Of a stretch of DNA of 64,000 bases, positions 49,570-59,831 are shown one piece after another. Below the pieces are notes generated by a model. The model had not been told where the DNA came from and ran no database searches. It was given only the letters and a program-made list of their open reading frames with translations. The DNA is taken from assembly GCA_027050205.1 (NCBI GenBank), contig JALUCS010000132.1:1-64000 (forward strand), given 5' to 3'. Position 1 is the first letter of the stretch; every line of letters begins with the position of its first letter. The stretch is from a candidate division WOR-3 bacterium (GTDB taxonomy: Bacteria; Hydrothermota; Hydrothermia; LBFQ01). Made by a program: the position numbers and the translations under genes.

Positions 49570-52500
49570 TTATAAGTTTTCCATTTCATCTTTATCTATA
49601 CTTTCAAAATTTTTTAACAAAGAGGTTATTTGTATATCAACAGGTCCATATTCTTTTCTGTCAGTTCCCTCTGATATAAAAAACAGATACTCTTTATCGG
49701 TATTTATAATATGCTTAGGATAAACAAGTACATCAGAATGGTAATTTATTTCCACATCTTTGGATATATCTTCAAATATATCGGAAATTTTACTTTTACC
49801 TTTTGGTGATATATTCATACTTTTTATTACATATTCTATAATGTCAAATAACCCCAATTTATCCCTATCTTCAATATTTGGTTTTAAAATTATAAGATAA
49901 TCTCTGGCCCTACTAACCGCAACGTTGCGTAATCTATTATCATAGAAATGAGACCTTAAACCAGGTTTTTCCCTGGGCGGATTCAATACAAATATTATTA
50001 TATCCCGTTCATCCCCTTGGAATCTATGAACGGTTGAAACAGTAGTTTTACTTAGATCTAAAGCTTTAGCCAGAGCATACATAATATTAACTTGCATCCT
50101 ATATGGAGAAATTATACCGATTCTCTTATCGGGATACTTTCTTTCAATGTTTCTAGCCAGCTCAACAGCAAATATTGCTGAAGGTATATGATAAGGAGAA
50201 GATCCGGGACCCTTATGAATCTTGTTTATAATATCAGAATTTATGTCAAATTCTATGATTGTTATAGGATTAATATAAAGTAATACATTTCGTAATTTTA
50301 CCTCCAGCGATTTTGGCATTTCATCCTCTCTACCGTGTCTAAGAAGACCACCGTACATATATTTACTATAAATTTCACCTATATGCTTTATGCTTCTATA
50401 CTGAGTTTTTAGGATATTTATATCAAATCTATGATCAATGATATTAGGATTTTCATGCCTAATGTAGTATATTAAAAAGTTTTTATTACATTTTGCAACA
50501 TTCTTGTGTGGTTTATTTTTTATCTCCTTTAATTTATCCATATTAAGAGCAAGAATTGTATAAATATTCTCCGTTGAATACCCTTTAGCTTTTGGTACAT
50601 CAAAAGTAGGAGTTTTTCCTACAGGCGTAAGCTGATTAGGATCCCCAGCAATTAGGAACTTGATCCTTTTATTTTTCACACTAGCGGATAAAAGCACAAA
50701 AGTAATAAATGGAAGAGGAATCATTGAAGCCTCATCTACAACGATCATATCCCAATCGTACTCTTTTATGTCCCTACTGCCTATGCTATCATATATATAT
50801 CTGTGTATAGTCATAGAAACCGCATAGGGGGGGGTTGGTAAAGGTTTGCCCTTAATTAGTATCTTATCTTCAGGTATAGAACTTTCAAGAGAATGTGGAA
50901 ATCTATAAATCCGTACATTCTTCTTAAGATCTATTGTTCTATTGACAACAACATCCGCAGATTTATTTGTAGGTGTTAAAATTAAGATGCTTTTATGGGT
51001 ACCTTTCTCTAACTCCTCCGATATCTTACACGCTATGTAAGTAGTTTTTCCCGTTGCTGGAGGACCCCATACAAAATCTATGTCCATTCCTTCCAAAAGT
51101 TCACTAACTTTTTTGTTCTTTAAGGGTATCAAAGCGCTTAATGAATTAACTATTATAGTATTAAAATGTGATGTTATAGTATATTCCAATCTTATCCAAA
51201 CTCTTAACTTAATAGGTTTTTTGGGAATAATGGTGTTATTTTCTATCTTTACTGATATACCATTTATTTCTCCTATATTTGAAGGAACGATGCTATTTTT
51301 AATTTTGATTTTTCCTTTGTGAAGAACAAGATTATATTTCTGTCCTTTCACTATGAGTTTATCTCTTAATTCTCCATCTTTCCATCCTTCCGATTTTAGC
51401 AGAAGTTTTAATCCGTACTCTGCATCGTATCCTATATTTTCTATACCGGACGCATGGGAGTACAGGGGTTTATTTGCTTCTATAAAAACGTCCAAACTCT
51501 TTACATCCCAGAACTCCACACTCGCTTTGGGAGGAATAGGAATTGATATTCTCTCTTCTGACTCATAAAATATTTCAGATTGAACTAACTTCTTTTTATA
51601 TGGTTGAACATAAGTCTCAACATATTCCCATAGCATCATGTAAATAAGCCACTCAACAGTTAAATCTTTACTATTCTTATCCAAACTTAGATCTTTTACT
51701 TTCTCTTTTATAAACTTAACGACTTTATATTTATTATCAGTTAATATTTTAATTTTACCTTCTTTTAGTATTTTCAAAATTATATTATCTGTTAAAATAT
51801 TATTTTCTATTGCAAATTTAAACCAATTTTGTTCATTTTCAAGCTTCACTTTATCTAAGTTTAAATCCTTATCTTTAATAGCTGCTTCTATATCTTTAAA
51901 GCATACAATTTTCCTATCCTTATTTCTAATAATACACTTATTAAGCGGTATATTGTACTCTTCTACTCCTCCTATGCGCCTTAGAGCTATATTATTTTTA
52001 AATATATGAATAATATCTCCCAATTTCTTGTCATGTGCATATTTCTTCAAAATTTCAGCTTTCCAGCTATTATCAAGTTCAGCTTCAACAGGGGAGAATT
52101 CATTACCGTATTTGTTTAATAAATATTCCCAAATATTTTTCCCTATTTTTCCTTCAAAAATACTGATATTTTCATATAAATTTAATTCCTTGTCATCTTT
52201 GTTTATTTTTACTTCTTTACTTATACAATTGCTTATCTCCTTATTTATTCCCAGCTCCTTGTCGGATAGTTTAAGTTTTATACTCCCGTTATACACATAC
52301 ACCCTTTCTTTCTCTGTTAATATATTATGGGGTATGTTAGGAGCATCGGGAGCGGCTGGTTTTATAACCTCACTAAGCGATCTTATCATATATTTTCCCC
52401 GTAAATTTTCTAATTTTTCTTCAAATATAATATCATCTTCTCCGGCAAATATTAGATCAATTTTACTGCCTTTACCCAATTTATTAAACAGTTCGTTTAA

Positions 52501-52764
52501 CAAACATAGCTCATTTAATGAATATTTGCTTAAATCTTCAAAGGTAAAGAATATGCTTTTTCTTTTAATATTTTTAAATCTAAGGACTATACCATCATCT
52601 TGTAAATTTTGAACCACAGGGAAAATTACTGTGTCTTTCTCTATCTCCTTGTAAGCCTCTTTTAATAAATTAACAATTGTTTTAGATGTTTCCCCTCTTT
52701 TATAAATAAAACTTTTATTATCTAACCATCTTATTGTTCTATCCCATACATTATCCCTATTCAT
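49570..52764 (-). CDS. UPF1/DNA2-like superfamily 1 helicase with a long uncharacterised N-terminus
   Basis: GPPATGKTT, PTNKSAD, VVDEASM, GDPNQL.P, QYRS, IISPY..Q, TVH.FQG.ERD, NVAVSRA. Confidence 0.9.
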   Translation of the reverse strand: MNRDNVWDRTIRWLDNKSFIYKRGETSKTIVNLLKEAYKEIEKDTVIFPVVQNLQDDGIVLRFKNIKRKSIFFTFEDLSKYSLNELCLLNELFNKLGKGSKIDLIFAGEDDIIFEEKLENLRGKYMIRSLSEVIKPAAPDAPNIPHNILTEKERVYVYNGSIKLKLSDKELGINKEISNCISKEVKINKDDKELNLYENISIFEGKIGKNIWEYLLNKYGNEFSPVEAELDNSWKAEILKKYAHDKKLGDIIHIFKNNIALRRIGGVEEYNIPLNKCIIRNKDRKIVCFKDIEAAIKDKDLNLDKVKLENEQNWFKFAIENNILTDNIILKILKEGKIKILTDNKYKVVKFIKEKVKDLSLDKNSKDLTVEWLIYMMLWEYVETYVQPYKKKLVQSEIFYESEERISIPIPPKASVEFWDVKSLDVFIEANKPLYSHASGIENIGYDAEYGLKLLLKSEGWKDGELRDKLIVKGQKYNLVLHKGKIKIKNSIVPSNIGEINGISVKIENNTIIPKKPIKLRVWIRLEYTITSHFNTIIVNSLSALIPLKNKKVSELLEGMDIDFVWGPPATGKTTYIACKISEELEKGTHKSILILTPTNKSADVVVNRTIDLKKNVRIYRFPHSLESSIPEDKILIKGKPLPTPPYAVSMTIHRYIYDSIGSRDIKEYDWDMIVVDEASMIPLPFITFVLLSASVKNKRIKFLIAGDPNQLTPVGKTPTFDVPKAKGYSTENIYTILALNMDKLKEIKNKPHKNVAKCNKNFLIYYIRHENPNIIDHRFDINILKTQYRSIKHIGEIYSKYMYGGLLRHGREDEMPKSLEVKLRNVLLYINPITIIEFDINSDIINKIHKGPGSSPYHIPSAIFAVELARNIERKYPDKRIGIISPYRMQVNIMYALAKALDLSKTTVSTVHRFQGDERDIIIFVLNPPREKPGLRSHFYDNRLRNVAVSRARDYLIILKPNIEDRDKLGLFDIIEYVIKSMNISPKGKSKISDIFEDISKDVEINYHSDVLVYPKHIINTDKEYLFFISEGTDRKEYGPVDIQITSLLKNFESIDKDEMENL

Positions 52765-55700
52765 TCTGCCCCCCTCCTTTTCTGTTATCGTATACTATTT
52801 TCCTTAATTTAATAGCCCCGCTTCCATCATTATAAGGAGTTAATATGCCAAATCCTTCCAGAAATTCCTCAAATTCCTCTGTGTCATCCGAAACCCTTAA
52901 CCACTGGGGAATTTTCTCGCTTTCTAACGCAAGATAGTCGGGATATATATATTTACTGTAATCCTCTGCACAGACTGAACACTTACTACTATGAACTTCT
53001 TCCAATCCCTCCAATTTCTTAAGTTCCTTAAATTTCCAAGCATCACTTCCCCATTTTCTAAATACAAATTCTATAAATTCTTTTTTACACCCATCATCAT
53101 TTTTGACAGGTGTATGATATATCTTATATTTATCCTTATATGGTTCTGCCAATATAAAATCGTAAAATTCATCACTATTCTTTTTGACGTACTCCACAAC
53201 CTTATCCCACTTTTCACCATTCCCCCACTCTGATTTCTTTATAACGTAATCAAGATATGTGCATTCAGAGAATTTTGTATCTTCTAAAGCATAAATTTGC
53301 GCGATACCTCTGTTTCCCACTATTAGTGCCTTAATTTTATTCCTCTTATATTTATTATCGTTATATTTGTGATATAGCCACAGAAGTGCCAGCAATGTGT
53401 CGGTTGTTTTTTGGAATCTTTTGTCTTCAACTAATATTTCATATACTCTTTCCAAATCATTCAAAATTTCCTCGGAAAATATACGCTCCATTATTTCTTT
53501 GCTTCTGCTCTCGTTTCCGAAGATCTTCATAGAAAGCCCTCTGCTTATCTCTCCTGCTTCCTTGGTTTTATCTTTGAACACCTTTGACCAATCTATACTC
53601 TCTGGATAGTCCAAACGCACCTCGTAAGGTTTCCATTCAGATATATCCTCTCCGTTGATCCTAATACTCAAACGAAAATCAGAATAATATTTATTCTCAA
53701 AATATACTTTCAGTATTTCCTTTTCAAAAAACCCTATTTGCAAATCACCATTTATATAATTTATGTTAAGCTGCTTAATTTTCTTAAAGATTTTACCAAA
53801 TTCATCCCCATATCCAGTCGGCATGGAATGATTTACTATAAAAACCCCATACTCTTTTAACTTATTAATGGTTTCCGGAGAGAATCCTTCATAAAATACT
53901 ATAATATTGTTATTCACCTTATTTTTTAATTTATAATGCTTAATGCTATTATCCTCAATTAGAGGCTCAAATACCCATTTATTAAAGAAGTTTTGATCTT
54001 TTATATCTTTTATGAATTCAAGGAAAGTCTTGAGATCATCAAGAGTTAGTCTTGCATTTTCCTCGGGAAAGAATGCACTTTCGGGTAGGGAAGATGGAAG
54101 ACGTGAATCTAATTTTAAAATTTTATTGCCGGGATATTTCTTAATAAATTTCAAAACATCTTCATGAACAACTGTTTTGATTAATTTTCCTATTACCCTT
54201 ATTCTGTCCTCTGTTAGATTGCCATTATAGAAGATTCGGTCCTTGTCTACATATTTCTCATTATGAGTATAAACCTCGTTTATCTCATTAAGCATAACTT
54301 CCTTTACTTTCTTCAACTCCTCTGAAGATAACCCAGACTTCATAGCCTCCCATTCATCTTTATTGATAACAAATTTTTTAAGCCAGCCATATTCATCAAG
54401 GTTTATACCGGATGGTAAGAGGTCGTAAGGTAGGAGTTCAGATAGAGGACGAAGTTCATTATTGGAATTTTTAAATACCTTTAATAATTTTAGGTCTTCC
54501 TTTCTGATTTTATAACTATACCACCAGTTCTCGTCACCCACAAATTTGTTCAATATATTATCCAATATTTCTACCTTCTTATGTGTAGAAAGACTATTGC
54601 TATATTTGTTGACAATATCCACAATATTAGCATCTTTACCTTTTTCAATTTCAATTTTAAATTTAAAATTTCTTTTATGTTTGTGAAGCTTGTCAAAAAT
54701 TACCGTTAAAACTTCTACATAATCAGCTAATTTTAAGTTGTTTATATTCATTGATTTAATATACTCGTACTCTTCCTTATTATACACAATAATAATTTCT
54801 CTTTCCTTTGCTTCTTTTATAGTGTAAAAAGTTTCACTATATTTAACAATTTTCAGTTCCTCTATCCATTCAACACCTATATCTAAATTAGCAACATGCT
54901 TAACAATATCTAAATATTGATCGGAGTTTCTTATTATCCATTCATTAAACTTAGTTACATTTTTCCTAATAATATCGTTTAAACCCTTACTTTCTATAAT
55001 TTTTTCCTTCCTCTCGGCGAATAGGAGCCAATCAGGATTATCTAGCAAACCTCCTTCATAGTCTTTAGGGAACCAATGGTTACCTGGAAAGAAATCTTCC
55101 AGATAAAGATTTTTTAATTCCAGATTATTTTTCTTGAAAACATTTTTATAACTTACTATTTGTATTTTACCTTCTTTATCTTTGACCGGTATATTATTCT
55201 TTAAAAAATCCCAAAGCTCCTCCTTAAAATATTCCCAAATCTCTTTTTTCTCATCTGTCTCCATCTTGGGCTTTGATATTATGATGGAATGAAATACTTT
55301 ATGGTATTGTTCAACATTCATCCTTTTTCTTTCCTCCAAATATTCTTTTATTTTTCGTAAGGCTTTTTTAACTTCTTCTCTATTAGCAAGTTTGGTTCTG
55401 TGAGCCTGAACATCGAATCTTCTGGAATTTATCAAGAAATTGAACCCATATCTCTCATCATCTATAGGAAGAGGATTATAAATATTAGGATAATCAGTAA
55501 ATTTATTCCTTTTCCTTGATATACGTACAATAAATTCAGAATTCGGAATATGTATAATATTAGATCTGTCTTTGGTTTTCTTATATTCTCCCTTTTTCTT
55601 ACCATTTTCCCCCCATAATATTTCCTCTAAATTGGTTAAAAACTCCAACAAACCACTTAACGTTTCTAAACGACTTTTAACAGCATTGTAATTTTCTGTA

Positions 55701-56638
55701 CGAAAAGGGACTATAAATAATGATCCTGTATCCCATTGCATAATTTCTTCTTTGAACCATAAAGGTATATTTTCTATAATTTTAATATCCTCTTCTGTAA
55801 AACACTCTTTTTTCCCAAATTCCGGATGGAGGCTTATTTTCTCCTTAAATCCCGCCGGAAATGTAGTGATTAAAAACTTAAATAATACAGGATATTCCCA
55901 GCTATCCTCTCTACTTACCCCTTCATTTGCCCAGTTTAACTTTAGAAACTCATTTACTTCGTTTCTGTTTCCCCATGAGAAAATAATAGGACCATAGAGT
56001 CTTTCTATTAAACCTTCCCAATCTTCAGATGTTTTCATAACAAGTCTATGTATCAGTTTAAATCCAATTCCATATTTCCCTATATATTCCTCACTGTCAT
56101 GCTTAGAGCTTTCAGAAATCATAAGAATGGAGTAAATATCCTTTGGAGTGAATTTATACCCATTATTTGCAAATATAAACCATTTATCATCTTTTTTGAT
56201 ATCGTCAACATAAAATATCATTTTCCTTGCCTTACTATCTTCCGCATTTTGTATGAATTCATATATGGCTTGCTTGTCCTCCGCCATTTTAATTAATTTG
56301 TTTAAATGTTGCTTTAAATCTTCCTTTGCCTCTTTAAAATCACTGCTAGCTGTTCTTTCATATATAGTTTTGTAATAGGAAACTTTACCCTCTTCTTCTT
56401 GACCCATTAGCAAATTATAATCAATCTTTTCAAATCTTATATCACTCTTTTCACGAATTTTCTTTATATCATAATTTTTTAAGCTTTTCTTTACTATCTC
56501 TTCACCCAGCAAATGAATATCCGCTCCTTCAAAAATTGTTCCTTTATAATTAATTTTACCCCCTTTAACACCCCGATCACCCAATTTCTTCCTATCAACA
56601 ACCCGCTCCCTTATAAACCTGGTACTCACAACCTTCAT
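52757..56638 (-). CDS. Large protein with sacsin/NOV-like GHKL ATPase N-terminal domain
   Basis: YEFIQNAEDS, NNG..F...D..SI.....S.K, IGKYGIGFK, F.INS..F....R motifs. Confidence 0.82.
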   Translation of the reverse strand: MKVVSTRFIRERVVDRKKLGDRGVKGGKINYKGTIFEGADIHLLGEEIVKKSLKNYDIKKIREKSDIRFEKIDYNLLMGQEEEGKVSYYKTIYERTASSDFKEAKEDLKQHLNKLIKMAEDKQAIYEFIQNAEDSKARKMIFYVDDIKKDDKWFIFANNGYKFTPKDIYSILMISESSKHDSEEYIGKYGIGFKLIHRLVMKTSEDWEGLIERLYGPIIFSWGNRNEVNEFLKLNWANEGVSREDSWEYPVLFKFLITTFPAGFKEKISLHPEFGKKECFTEEDIKIIENIPLWFKEEIMQWDTGSLFIVPFRTENYNAVKSRLETLSGLLEFLTNLEEILWGENGKKKGEYKKTKDRSNIIHIPNSEFIVRISRKRNKFTDYPNIYNPLPIDDERYGFNFLINSRRFDVQAHRTKLANREEVKKALRKIKEYLEERKRMNVEQYHKVFHSIIISKPKMETDEKKEIWEYFKEELWDFLKNNIPVKDKEGKIQIVSYKNVFKKNNLELKNLYLEDFFPGNHWFPKDYEGGLLDNPDWLLFAERKEKIIESKGLNDIIRKNVTKFNEWIIRNSDQYLDIVKHVANLDIGVEWIEELKIVKYSETFYTIKEAKEREIIIVYNKEEYEYIKSMNINNLKLADYVEVLTVIFDKLHKHKRNFKFKIEIEKGKDANIVDIVNKYSNSLSTHKKVEILDNILNKFVGDENWWYSYKIRKEDLKLLKVFKNSNNELRPLSELLPYDLLPSGINLDEYGWLKKFVINKDEWEAMKSGLSSEELKKVKEVMLNEINEVYTHNEKYVDKDRIFYNGNLTEDRIRVIGKLIKTVVHEDVLKFIKKYPGNKILKLDSRLPSSLPESAFFPEENARLTLDDLKTFLEFIKDIKDQNFFNKWVFEPLIEDNSIKHYKLKNKVNNNIIVFYEGFSPETINKLKEYGVFIVNHSMPTGYGDEFGKIFKKIKQLNINYINGDLQIGFFEKEILKVYFENKYYSDFRLSIRINGEDISEWKPYEVRLDYPESIDWSKVFKDKTKEAGEISRGLSMKIFGNESRSKEIMERIFSEEILNDLERVYEILVEDKRFQKTTDTLLALLWLYHKYNDNKYKRNKIKALIVGNRGIAQIYALEDTKFSECTYLDYVIKKSEWGNGEKWDKVVEYVKKNSDEFYDFILAEPYKDKYKIYHTPVKNDDGCKKEFIEFVFRKWGSDAWKFKELKKLEGLEEVHSSKCSVCAEDYSKYIYPDYLALESEKIPQWLRVSDDTEEFEEFLEGFGILTPYNDGSGAIKLRKIVYDNRKGGGQNE

Positions 56639-56707
56639 AAGACGAGAGAGGATTATATAGCAGTAAACCTATCCGTAGTGGAACCTCGCCTATATACCCC
56701 TCAGCCC

Positions 56708-58345
56708 TCACATCTCTCCCTCTATCTCATCAAGAAGCTTGAGGCGGTCTATCGTATCCCTCTCCTCCACCTTCGGGGCCAGTTGCCACGCGTAGTAAAG
56801 GGGTAAGGCCTTCAGTCCGAACCACCTCTTTATGAGCATGGCCGCTATCGGGGCGGCGGCGGAGCTGCCGTGTCCGGCGTTCTCAACCACGACCGCCACG
56901 GCGAAGGTGGGGTCATCGTAGGGGGCGAATGCGATGAATAGGGAGTGGTCATCCCCGTGGGGGTTCTGGGCAGTACCGGTCTTGCCCCCGTACCTGAAGC
57001 CGGGGATACGGGAGAGGGCGGCCGTACCCTCCTCCACCACCCCCAACATCCCCTCCTTAACCTTCTCGTAGGCCCAATCCGGGGCATCAACCTTAAGCGT
57101 CTCCGGGCGGTCAAGGGGGGAGAACCTCGGAAGTACCACCCACCCACCGTTCCCTATCAGGCCAGCCTCCACAGCTAAAAAGGCCGGTGTGACCAGTATC
57201 TCCCCCTGACCGATGGCGTAGTTGAGGACCGAACCGTAGTACTTGACCTTTTTGGGGAAGCGGGAGGGTACCTCCTCCGGCAGGGGGGTGAGCTTTCGGC
57301 CAAAGAGACCGGTTTCCCATACGGCCCTTATGAAACGTTTGGGGCCGAAGCGGGAGCCAACGTTGTAGAAGAAGACGTTACAGGACCAGGTTATGGCCTT
57401 CTTAAGCCTCGTGTAGCCGTGGACGGACCAACAGCGGAACTTCCTCCTCCCGAGATACACGTACCCGCGGCACCCAACACCGAAGGTGGTGTCTATGACC
57501 CCGTACTTCAGGGCGAGGAGGGCGACCAAGGGTTTGAAGGTGGAGCCGGGAGGGTAGAGGCCGGCTACGGCACGGTTGAGTAGGGGGGAGTCCTCCGGGG
57601 AGGCGATGGTATCGTAAGGCCCCGGTTTGGAATACACCAGATAGACCTCCCCCGTCTTCGGGTTGAAGGCGAAGGCAGCTCCCCTGCGGTACGGAGCCAT
57701 CAGGGAGTCTACGAGGTGGTAGAGGTCAAGGTCAAGGTAGGTGTGCAGGTCCCTGGGGTTGTGGTATATCAGGACCTTAGGCTCGTCTATGAGGTTGCCG
57801 TAGGCATCCACCTTGAGGAGGACGTGTCCCAACTCCCCCTTGAGGTAGTCGTTGTAAAGCTTCTCAAGGCCAAAGAGACCCTCACCGTCGCTCGTGGTCC
57901 TTCCGACGGTGTGAAAGCACTCCTTGCATACGAGGCTGTGCCTCACGGTGGGGACGACCTCTATGCTCCTGAAGAAGGGCCTGTGCTTCATAACCTCGTA
58001 GATCTCGTCTTGGGTCAGACCCTTTATCTCGCTGAAGCCGAGGTACCGGTACCTCTTCACCTTAAAGTCGTGGCCTAAGAGTATCCGGAGACCCCGTAGA
58101 TCCGCCTCCTCCACCTCCCTACGGAGGTTGAACTGGATCACCTTCCACCTGACCCTCGGTAGGGACAGCGGCCTCCCCTTCCTGTCCAGAACGGCCCCCC
58201 GCACTATCCCTAAGGGTATCTTGCGGGTGTAGTTGGCAACGTCCTTACCCTTGAGCGATGGGTCCGAGACCCCCTTAAAGTAGGCACCCCCTATCAAGAT
58301 GGGGATCACCAAGGATAGGGCGAGAGGGAGGAGGAGTCTCTTCAA
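56708..58345 (-). CDS. mrdA: Class B penicillin-binding protein (PBP2-like transpeptidase)
   Basis: RG...DR.G, G..GLEK.Y...L.G..G, NRA..G.YPPGSTFK, SCN, IGQG, KTGTAQ. Confidence 0.85.
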   Translation of the reverse strand: MKRLLLPLALSLVIPILIGGAYFKGVSDPSLKGKDVANYTRKIPLGIVRGAVLDRKGRPLSLPRVRWKVIQFNLRREVEEADLRGLRILLGHDFKVKRYRYLGFSEIKGLTQDEIYEVMKHRPFFRSIEVVPTVRHSLVCKECFHTVGRTTSDGEGLFGLEKLYNDYLKGELGHVLLKVDAYGNLIDEPKVLIYHNPRDLHTYLDLDLYHLVDSLMAPYRRGAAFAFNPKTGEVYLVYSKPGPYDTIASPEDSPLLNRAVAGLYPPGSTFKPLVALLALKYGVIDTTFGVGCRGYVYLGRRKFRCWSVHGYTRLKKAITWSCNVFFYNVGSRFGPKRFIRAVWETGLFGRKLTPLPEEVPSRFPKKVKYYGSVLNYAIGQGEILVTPAFLAVEAGLIGNGGWVVLPRFSPLDRPETLKVDAPDWAYEKVKEGMLGVVEEGTAALSRIPGFRYGGKTGTAQNPHGDDHSLFIAFAPYDDPTFAVAVVVENAGHGSSAAAPIAAMLIKRWFGLKALPLYYAWQLAPKVEERDTIDRLKLLDEIEGEM

Positions 58346-58421
58346 CTCTCACAATTCTAAAGACGACCAGGTGGCCGACGGACGGTCTTCCGGGGTAAAA
58401 TACGTGGAGAGACGGCCTACG

Positions 58422-59738
58422 ATGAGATACAGTATCGTAATGTTTATAACCGACCTCGTTGCCGTAATGCTCTCCTCGGCTGCAGCCTTCCTTTTGAAGT
58501 TCCGGGGGAGGTACGTCCAGGAGTTCCCCAACCGGTGGAGGGAGTTCCTCGTCATCTTCGTCATACTCATAGCCGCCTTCTCCTTCAAGAGGCTTTACTC
58601 ACAGAGGAGGCTCTTCTACGAGGAGACGAGAGAGATAGTTGAGGCCCTCCTCCTGACCCTCATCCTCGTCTTCGGCTTCTTCGCAATGACCCGAACCGAC
58701 CCGGACTACTCCCGCCTCTTCATAGGCTTGAGCATAGCCTTCGCCTTCGTCCTCGTCCCCTCCTTCCGTTGGCTCTCCAAGAGACTCTTCAATGGCTACC
58801 TGAAGGAGGACCTGATAATAGTTGAGGGGCCGGAGTGCGAGAAGGTCAGGAACTTCTTTGAGAAGGAGTGGTACCTCGCCTACAGACCGGTCGCCACCGT
58901 CAAACTGGAGGACCTGAAGGATTGGATAGGCAAGGTTGAGAACGTCGTCCTCACCCGCATCCCCTTCCTCCACGAGTTCTACGACGAGCTGGCCCACCTG
59001 TCCATACACTTCAAGAGGGTCTTCTACGTACCGGAGATCTCCGGCATACCCCTCGCCAACCAGATACTCCACTTTTCCATAACCCAGAACCTGCCCATCT
59101 TTGAGACCTTCTCACAGCGGAGGTCCCTCCTGTGGGGTACGATAAAACGCACCTTTGACATAACCTTCTCCCTCCTCGTCCTTATCCTCCTCTCTCCCTT
59201 GCTCCTGATCATCGCCATCCTCATAAAGTTGGACTCGGAGGGGCCGGTGATATTCCGTCAGGTGCGGGTAGGGAAGGACGGGAAGCCCTTCGTATCCTAC
59301 AAGTTCCGTACGATGTACGTAGATGCCGAGGAGAGGCTGAAGGAGATCCTTGAGAACGACCCCGAAGCCCGGAAGGAGTGGGAGACCTACTGGAAGCTCA
59401 AGAACGACCCCAGGGTGACGCGGGTGGGGAGGTGGCTCCGGAAGACCTCCCTTGACGAGCTTCCCCAGTTCTTCAACGTCCTCAAAGGGGATATGAGCGT
59501 CGTAGGTCCCCGCCCCTACATACCCTCCGAGCTGAAGCACATACAGGAGTACGCCAAGATAATCCTCAGCGTTCGCCCTGGTATAACCGGCCTATGGCAG
59601 GTCAGCGGCAGGAACGAGGTGGGGTACAGGGTAAGGATGCTCCTTGACACCCTTTACGTGGTAAACTGGTCCTTCTGGCTGGATATGGTCATAATTTTTA
59701 AAACTGTTCTGGTGGTCCTGAAGGGGAAGGGGTATTGA
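58422..59738 (+). CDS. Undecaprenyl-phosphate sugar phosphotransferase (WbaP/WcaJ-like)
   Basis: N-terminal TM helices; [44 protein letters not shown]. Confidence 0.92.
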   Translation: MRYSIVMFITDLVAVMLSSAAAFLLKFRGRYVQEFPNRWREFLVIFVILIAAFSFKRLYSQRRLFYEETREIVEALLLTLILVFGFFAMTRTDPDYSRLFIGLSIAFAFVLVPSFRWLSKRLFNGYLKEDLIIVEGPECEKVRNFFEKEWYLAYRPVATVKLEDLKDWIGKVENVVLTRIPFLHEFYDELAHLSIHFKRVFYVPEISGIPLANQILHFSITQNLPIFETFSQRRSLLWGTIKRTFDITFSLLVLILLSPLLLIIAILIKLDSEGPVIFRQVRVGKDGKPFVSYKFRTMYVDAEERLKEILENDPEARKEWETYWKLKNDPRVTRVGRWLRKTSLDELPQFFNVLKGDMSVVGPRPYIPSELKHIQEYAKIILSVRPGITGLWQVSGRNEVGYRVRMLLDTLYVVNWSFWLDMVIIFKTVLVVLKGKGY

Positions 59739-59746
59739 GGGCGAGT

Positions 59747-59767
59747 ATCTGCAAACCGTTCGCAGAT
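59747..59767. promoter_or_regulatory. Palindromic operator-like site upstream of the SQR operon
   Basis: ATCTGCAAAC-C-GTTCGCAGAT: 10-bp arms with 1 mismatch. Confidence 0.4.
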
Positions 59768-59831
59768 GGAAAATCATTTCCCAAAAAATCTGAAACCGTC
59801 CTCCCTATCCCCCATATAGAATTCCGGTACC

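Larger units (their letters stand above)
49514..56668. mobile_element. AT-rich horizontally acquired two-gene island; no integrase or transposase seen
   Basis: Abrupt switch to strongly AT-rich sequence and AT-ending codons between coaX and the PBP2 gene; CAGTAAAC at 49514-49521 and 56661-56668. Confidence 0.75.

Noticed and set aside
52757..52764. Frameshifted single gene in the island
   Set aside because: A strong SD and a start/stop overlap indicate coupled separate genes, though fused homologues may exist
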